DNA from: a virus
Direction: 5' to 3' (one strand)
IMG/VR virus record: IMGVR_UViG_3300032291_002524
Location: 1-64,000 of that record
Length of the DNA: 64,000 bases
The translations under genes and the position numbers were made by a program. Positions 59,552-64,000 of the stretch are shown here, piece after piece. The notes beneath the pieces were generated by a model. It did no database searches. It worked only from the letters and a program-made list of their open reading frames with translations, and was not told the origin of the DNA. Within the stretch, counting starts at the first letter, position 1. Each line of letters begins with the position of its first letter.

Positions 59552-59601
59552 AACAATAAATATAGTTGATTATGATAAATGTATTTCATATCATTTTTCT
59601 T

Positions 59602-59997
59602 ATGAAAAAATATTTACTATTACTTTTTAGTTTTCTAACCACAAGTGTATTCGCACAATATTCAACATCTAAAATTAAAACCAATTTCATCAGCTCATCG
59701 AAAATGATTTGGAACTACCAAGAAGATAAATGGGATTTTAAACCAAATAATGACATTGAAAGTTTTACCACAAATTGGACATTTTCTGTGAATAGTTCAA
59801 ACCAAGGAATGGTGACTAATGGGACAATAAATTATGATATTTTAGAATATAACTATGTGGATGAAACCACGGTCTTATTAAGACTTTATAATGTTAATGT
59901 TTCAAGAGAAATGCATATGGTCGTTTTGAAAAAAGACGGTAAATTTGTAATATCCATTTTTGACTATAACCAAAGAATTGCCTACTTTTTCTTATGA
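59602..59997 (+). CDS. Secreted hypothetical protein; start reassigned to 59602
   Basis: MKKYLLLLFSFLTTSVFA-Q signal peptide with a Bacteroidota-style Gln at +1. Confidence 0.65.
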   Translation: MKKYLLLLFSFLTTSVFAQYSTSKIKTNFISSSKMIWNYQEDKWDFKPNNDIESFTTNWTFSVNSSNQGMVTNGTINYDILEYNYVDETTVLLRLYNVNVSREMHMVVLKKDGKFVISIFDYNQRIAYFFL

Positions 59998-60293
59998 TTA
60001 ATAAAGAAATAGATTTAGACGATTACGCCGAAGGTGCGGTAATGCTTGATGGATTTGAAGATTGTATAATTGGAGTTGTTGAAGAATTTGGCAATGGTCG
60101 AAGATTATTATATGATAAACAAAAAATGATTAATAAACTTTGTTCAGATAATTTAATGACCAAACATGAATCCGAAGAGTTTTTCATTTATAACATATTG
60201 GGGTTACATGTTAACGAACAAAACGCGTTGTTCTTAGACCAAAAGATAACACCAGTAATTTCTGAAGGTCATATAACTTATAATGTTGAATGA
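59994..60293 (+). CDS. Hypothetical phage protein
   Basis: LDGFEDCIIG...YD..K.I......EFF.YNI.G pattern common in phage small proteins. Confidence 0.6.
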   Translation: MINKEIDLDDYAEGAVMLDGFEDCIIGVVEEFGNGRRLLYDKQKMINKLCSDNLMTKHESEEFFIYNILGLHVNEQNALFLDQKITPVISEGHITYNVE

Positions 60294-60649
60294 AACGAAA
60301 TCAATTAACATATGGGACTGAAATCGGTTCACAACTTGTTAAAGTTGATTTAAATATGTTTGAACTATATAAAGAACAAAAATTAAATATAACCGACAAA
60401 CATTATCATCAAAAAATCGAAGACATAAAACAAGATATAATTGATTTATTGAATGAAAAAAAATGGAACGATATTGTGTGGATGACAATCAAATTCAAAC
60501 CACAAGAAACCGTAAAAGTTCATTTATATATTAAAGAAGATGGTGAATATTTAACATCTTTAATAGGTCCAAAAGAATGGAATAAGAATTACGAGCATAT
60601 TGGTCAATTTGTTTTATCATCAGAATCAAATACTTTTAGGAAAATTTAA
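60290..60649 (+). CDS. Hypothetical protein
   Basis: 119-aa ORF overlapping the upstream stop; HLY...G....SLI.P.EW. Confidence 0.55.
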   Translation: MKRNQLTYGTEIGSQLVKVDLNMFELYKEQKLNITDKHYHQKIEDIKQDIIDLLNEKKWNDIVWMTIKFKPQETVKVHLYIKEDGEYLTSLIGPKEWNKNYEHIGQFVLSSESNTFRKI

Positions 60650-60671
60650 TTTTTTTGATTAACTTTGTAAT

Positions 60672-61322
60672 ATGAAATTAGTTTTAAAACCAGGACAAAA
60701 ATTATTTTTTACCAGTGATACGCATTATAATCACTCAAATATTTGTCGAGCGACCACAAATTGGGTTGGTTCTGAAAATTTGACTCGTGATTTTAAATCT
60801 TTGGAGCACATGAATTCAACTTTGGTTAATAATATTAATGAAGTTGTTGGTGAAGATGATATTTTAATCCACTTGGGAGACTGGTCTTTCGGCGGATTTG
60901 AACAAATTGAAGAATTTAGAAATAAAATCTTGTGTAAGAATATTCATTTGATTTATGGTAATCATGACCATCACATTAGAAGAAATAAAGAAAATATTCA
61001 ACGATTATTTTCTTCAACCCAAGATTATTTAAATCTTGATTTAAGAATTCCTAATGGGAAAAATACTGATAAATTAACATTAGTTTGTATGCACTACCCA
61101 ATCGCAAGTTGGGACAGCATGAACAACGGTGTTATACATTTACACGGTCACGTTCACTTACCACCAAACCTGAGAATTGCGGAAGGTAGAGCCATGGATG
61201 TCGGTGTTGATGGTAATAACCTATATCCAATTTCGATTCAAGAAATCAAATCTTTAATGAAAGGTAGACCGGTTAAAAAATTGGTTTTACCGAAAGACCA
61301 TCACGAAACAAATAATAAATAA
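60672..61322 (+). CDS. Calcineurin-like metallophosphoesterase
   Basis: SDTH, LGD, GNHD, HYP, HLHGHVH, DVGVD; TAACTTTG -7 element at 60660. Confidence 0.9.
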   Translation: MKLVLKPGQKLFFTSDTHYNHSNICRATTNWVGSENLTRDFKSLEHMNSTLVNNINEVVGEDDILIHLGDWSFGGFEQIEEFRNKILCKNIHLIYGNHDHHIRRNKENIQRLFSSTQDYLNLDLRIPNGKNTDKLTLVCMHYPIASWDSMNNGVIHLHGHVHLPPNLRIAEGRAMDVGVDGNNLYPISIQEIKSLMKGRPVKKLVLPKDHHETNNK

Positions 61323-61334
61323 TAAAATTAAAAC

Positions 61335-61754
61335 ATGGAAAATATCACAAACGATAAAGTAATTATACTATTGCGTGGAATTCCTGGCTCGGGCAAATCC
61401 ACTATAGCTAAAATGATTGTGGGAAATGAAAAAGAGTACCGTCACAAAGAAGCTGACATGTATTTTGTTGACGAAAATGGTGATTATAAGTTTAAACCAA
61501 GTCAAATAAGAGATGCTCATCAATGGTGTCAAGAAAGTGTTGATTTTTTAATGAGTCATTCTCATTCCCCTGTCGTGGTATCAAACACATTCACACAAGA
61601 ATGGGAAATGGAACCATATTACAAAATGGCTGAAAAGTATGGTTATAGAGTTCACTCACTAATTGTTGAAAACCGCCACGGTGGTATAAATGAACACGGT
61701 GTTCCTGAAGACAAGTTACAAGCGATGAGAGACCGATTTGAAGTAAAATTATAA
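61335..61754 (+). CDS. P-loop kinase (AAA_33/polynucleotide-kinase-like)
   Basis: LRGIPGSGKST, EADMYF, AHQWCQ, VVVSNTFT..WE, HGVP. Confidence 0.85.
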   Translation: MENITNDKVIILLRGIPGSGKSTIAKMIVGNEKEYRHKEADMYFVDENGDYKFKPSQIRDAHQWCQESVDFLMSHSHSPVVVSNTFTQEWEMEPYYKMAEKYGYRVHSLIVENRHGGINEHGVPEDKLQAMRDRFEVKL

Positions 61755-61772
61755 AAAAATTATAAAAAAATT

Positions 61773-62171
61773 ATGAAAAAAATATTATTTCTATTATTCT
61801 TGTTACCCATGTCTATATTTGGACAATATGTAATGACACCAACCCATTATGATTCGGAGCACGCGGCCAAACATATAATGAAAGGACATATTAAAATGTT
61901 TGTTTCAGACACTGTAAAGTTTGTGACTGAAAAAAAACGTGAGAGATATATTACTGATTGCGACGCAACACCAAATCAAGTAAAGACCAAATTAGATAAA
62001 GTATTTAAACAAGGTATTCTTGAACATGTTAGCAAACGAGATGGTGGATACATTTTTACCATTGCTGTTATTGACCCAAACGATAATACCAAAATTATTA
62101 ATTATTGTACCTTTCATGTTGATGAATTAAATCAAAAAATTACTGAAATTGAAATTTTACTAGGAGAATAA
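61773..62171 (+). CDS. Secreted hypothetical protein
   Basis: MKKILFLLFLLPMSIFG-Q signal peptide. Confidence 0.65.
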   Translation: MKKILFLLFLLPMSIFGQYVMTPTHYDSEHAAKHIMKGHIKMFVSDTVKFVTEKKRERYITDCDATPNQVKTKLDKVFKQGILEHVSKRDGGYIFTIAVIDPNDNTKIINYCTFHVDELNQKITEIEILLGE

Positions 62172-62180
62172 AAACAAACT

Positions 62181-62861
62181 ATGAACAATACAGATTTTAA
62201 AAACTATTTTACCAAACACTTGGGTAAAGGCTCATTAATGTTGGATTATTACAACCAAAGAATTGAAGATTCGATGACACCTTATATTTTGGAAGAAAGA
62301 GAGATGAGAGTGACCCAGATGGATATTTTTTCACGATTAATGAGGGACCGTTTACTATGGGTGGCGGGGCCTGTTGATGATAACATGTCCACAGTTGTCC
62401 AAGCACAATTAATGTATTTAGATTCGGTTAATAATATGGACATAACGATGCACATTGATTCGCCAGGTGGCTCTGTTAAATCCGGTTTATCGATGATTGA
62501 CGTTATGGATTATATATCATGTGATATTCACACCATTAATACCGGTATGGCAGCATCCATGGGTTCCGTGTTGTTAGGCGCTGGAACCAAAGGTAAACGT
62601 TCGTCTTTAAGATTTTCACGTACCATGTTACACCAATCTTCAGGGGGTTTCCGTGGAAATATCCAAGACGCTAAGATTGATATGATTGAGTGGGAGAAAG
62701 TGAATAAGATTTTATTTGATTTGTTAGGTTCATATTGTGATAAATCGGCAGAACAAGTAATGGAAGACGCTTCTCGTGACCTGTGGTTAGATTCCAAATC
62801 TGCGTTAGAATACGGAATTATTGACGAAATTATTACATCAAAAAATAAAATGAAAAAATAA
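62181..62861 (+). CDS. clpP: ATP-dependent Clp protease proteolytic subunit
   Basis: DIFSRLMRDR, DSPGGSV, GMAASMGS (catalytic Ser), MLHQ (His), RDLWL...ALEYGIIDEI. Confidence 0.95.
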   Translation: MNNTDFKNYFTKHLGKGSLMLDYYNQRIEDSMTPYILEEREMRVTQMDIFSRLMRDRLLWVAGPVDDNMSTVVQAQLMYLDSVNNMDITMHIDSPGGSVKSGLSMIDVMDYISCDIHTINTGMAASMGSVLLGAGTKGKRSSLRFSRTMLHQSSGGFRGNIQDAKIDMIEWEKVNKILFDLLGSYCDKSAEQVMEDASRDLWLDSKSALEYGIIDEIITSKNKMKK

Positions 62862-62862
62862 A

Positions 62863-63714
62863 ATGAAAAAGTTATTATTAGGGTTGCTAATGATGTTGTC
62901 GATGACAGCACAAGCACAGACAAAATGCGATTGGTCAGGGTATGAAATGAGAAAAACTTATCAAAGTTATAATCATTTTGAATTTAGAACTAACTTATAT
63001 GATGATACTTGTATCACATACAACTGGTTAGTTTATGATTATCAGACAAGAAAAGTAGATACATTATATGAGATTATTACAGGAGCTGTTCAAGTACGGT
63101 TTAACGTAAAAGGAAGATATAAATTAGGAATCAGAGCATACAATCGATGTACTGATTGTGATACTACATTCCAAACAGAAATTGATATTACAGTGTATGG
63201 TGAAAAAGCTAAATTGAGTTATAAACCATCAATTAAAGACTGTAAAACATATACCTTTGAAATGGAGAATATGAAGGATTCTTGTATGTCTTATATGTAT
63301 GAAATTTGGGATGCTACTGAATATGCATCTAAAATGACAGATAAGGAATGGAAATCGCATTCAGATAGTATGTTTTATTTTGATTACGAGTTTAATGAAA
63401 ATAATATAGAATACTACTCTCAGAAATCAGAACGAGTGCTGGACTTTACATTTCCTGATTCAGGACGTTATATGATTTTAACATACTTACAAAATGCCTG
63501 TACTGAAATTGACACGTTTATTTTTACTAAAATTGTGGTATGTCCATCTGAAGTAACTACTAGTGTTAAAAATATTGTTAAAAACAATGATATTAAAATT
63601 ATCGGGTATTATGACCTAATGGGTAGACAAGTTGATTATATGAGACCTAATGAGGTATATATCGTACTATATAGTAATGGACATCGTAGAAAAGTAATGC
63701 AAGTACAGAACTAA
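62863..63714 (+). CDS. Secreted Cys-containing beta protein with a T9SS C-terminal-domain-like tail
   Basis: Signal peptide ending AQAQ; two PKD-like halves (F...GRY....N.C...DT); tail YYDLMGRQV...VYIVLYSNG..RKV. Confidence 0.6.
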   Translation: MKKLLLGLLMMLSMTAQAQTKCDWSGYEMRKTYQSYNHFEFRTNLYDDTCITYNWLVYDYQTRKVDTLYEIITGAVQVRFNVKGRYKLGIRAYNRCTDCDTTFQTEIDITVYGEKAKLSYKPSIKDCKTYTFEMENMKDSCMSYMYEIWDATEYASKMTDKEWKSHSDSMFYFDYEFNENNIEYYSQKSERVLDFTFPDSGRYMILTYLQNACTEIDTFIFTKIVVCPSEVTTSVKNIVKNNDIKIIGYYDLMGRQVDYMRPNEVYIVLYSNGHRRKVMQVQN

Positions 63715-63726
63715 ATAAATTTTTAC

Positions 63727-63758
63727 AAACCCCAATCTTTAAAGGTTGGGGTTTTTTT
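63727..63758 (+). terminator. Intrinsic terminator
   Basis: AAACCCCAA...TTGGGGTTT followed by a T-tract. Confidence 0.75.
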
Positions 63759-63772
63759 CTTATATTTTAAAT

Positions 63773-64000
63773 ATGATGAAAAATTCACCAACAATAACTG
63801 TAATGTTTGCATACCTACTAACGATATTTTCTTTAGTTATGGTATCATCTTACGTTTCACCAACCAATACGACACGGTTAGATAAAATTGACACAATTAA
63901 AGTTATTGATACAATAAAACAAATCGATGTTAAAAACAAAGTATCACTTTTTATTGGTGATTCACATACAACAAATTTTAAAAATGGTTGGCAGAAGATT
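63773..64000 (+). CDS. Membrane-anchored or secreted SGNH/GDSL-like hydrolase, 3'-truncated (not in the ORF track)
   Basis: Manual translation MMKNSPTITVMFAYLLTIFSLVMVSS...SLFIGDSHT, open to the window end; FIGDS is block I. Confidence 0.6.
   Translation, partial: MMKNSPTITVMFAYLLTIFSLVMVSSYVSPTNTTRLDKIDTIKVIDTIKQIDVKNKVSLFIGDSHTTNFKNGWQKI

Noticed and set aside
1854-62923. Many 60-140 aa antisense or alternate-frame ORFs (e.g. 27953-28381, 31467-31763, 53407-53811, 56958-57374, 62528-62923)
   Set aside because: They lie largely or wholly over well-supported genes and have the Ser/Ile/Phe/Leu-rich composition of shadow frames.
1-64000. Stop-codon recoding, as in many theta-ribozyme phages
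   Set aside because: Core genes are full length and coding density is high under the standard code; no suppressor tRNA or other tRNA was recognised in this window.

Overview
This AT-rich, densely coding window comes from a large T4-like (jumbo) tailed phage using the standard genetic code. The host is very probably a Bacteroidota (Flavobacteria-like) bacterium, judged from TTTG-N20-TAnnTTTG promoters, a flavobacterial-type bS21, a DUF4494-like protein and a T9SS-tail-like protein. Layout: (1) 1-21.4 kb, a glycosyltransferase/nucleotide-sugar island that also holds an exonuclease, dUTPase and PhoH; (2) 21.4-28.5 kb, a gp55-like late sigma factor and baseplate/structural genes; (3) 28.5-44.8 kb, mostly minus strand, the head module (major capsid, scaffold, prohead protease, portal, large terminase, candidate internal head proteins) with an antisense rpsU (bS21) inside it; (4) 44.9-51.3 kb, a proteostasis/trans-translation block (double-UVR protein, ClpC lacking its N-domain, metallopeptidase, tmRNA); (5) 51.4-64 kb, accessory genes (DenV-like glycosylase, HNH, phosphoesterase plus kinase, ClpP, secreted proteins). 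The top finding is a complete minimal HDV-like (theta-type) ribozyme fold at 51217-51270 that begins exactly one nucleotide after the discriminator base of a CCA-less tmRNA, suggesting ribozyme-made tmRNA 3' ends. Also notable are an unnamed structured RNA just upstream of the tmRNA, a long 21-aa tag, and a TATTTAT motif 4-6 nt before many late start codons (candidate late promoter giving leaderless mRNAs). All protein calls come from motif recognition by eye, not database searches.
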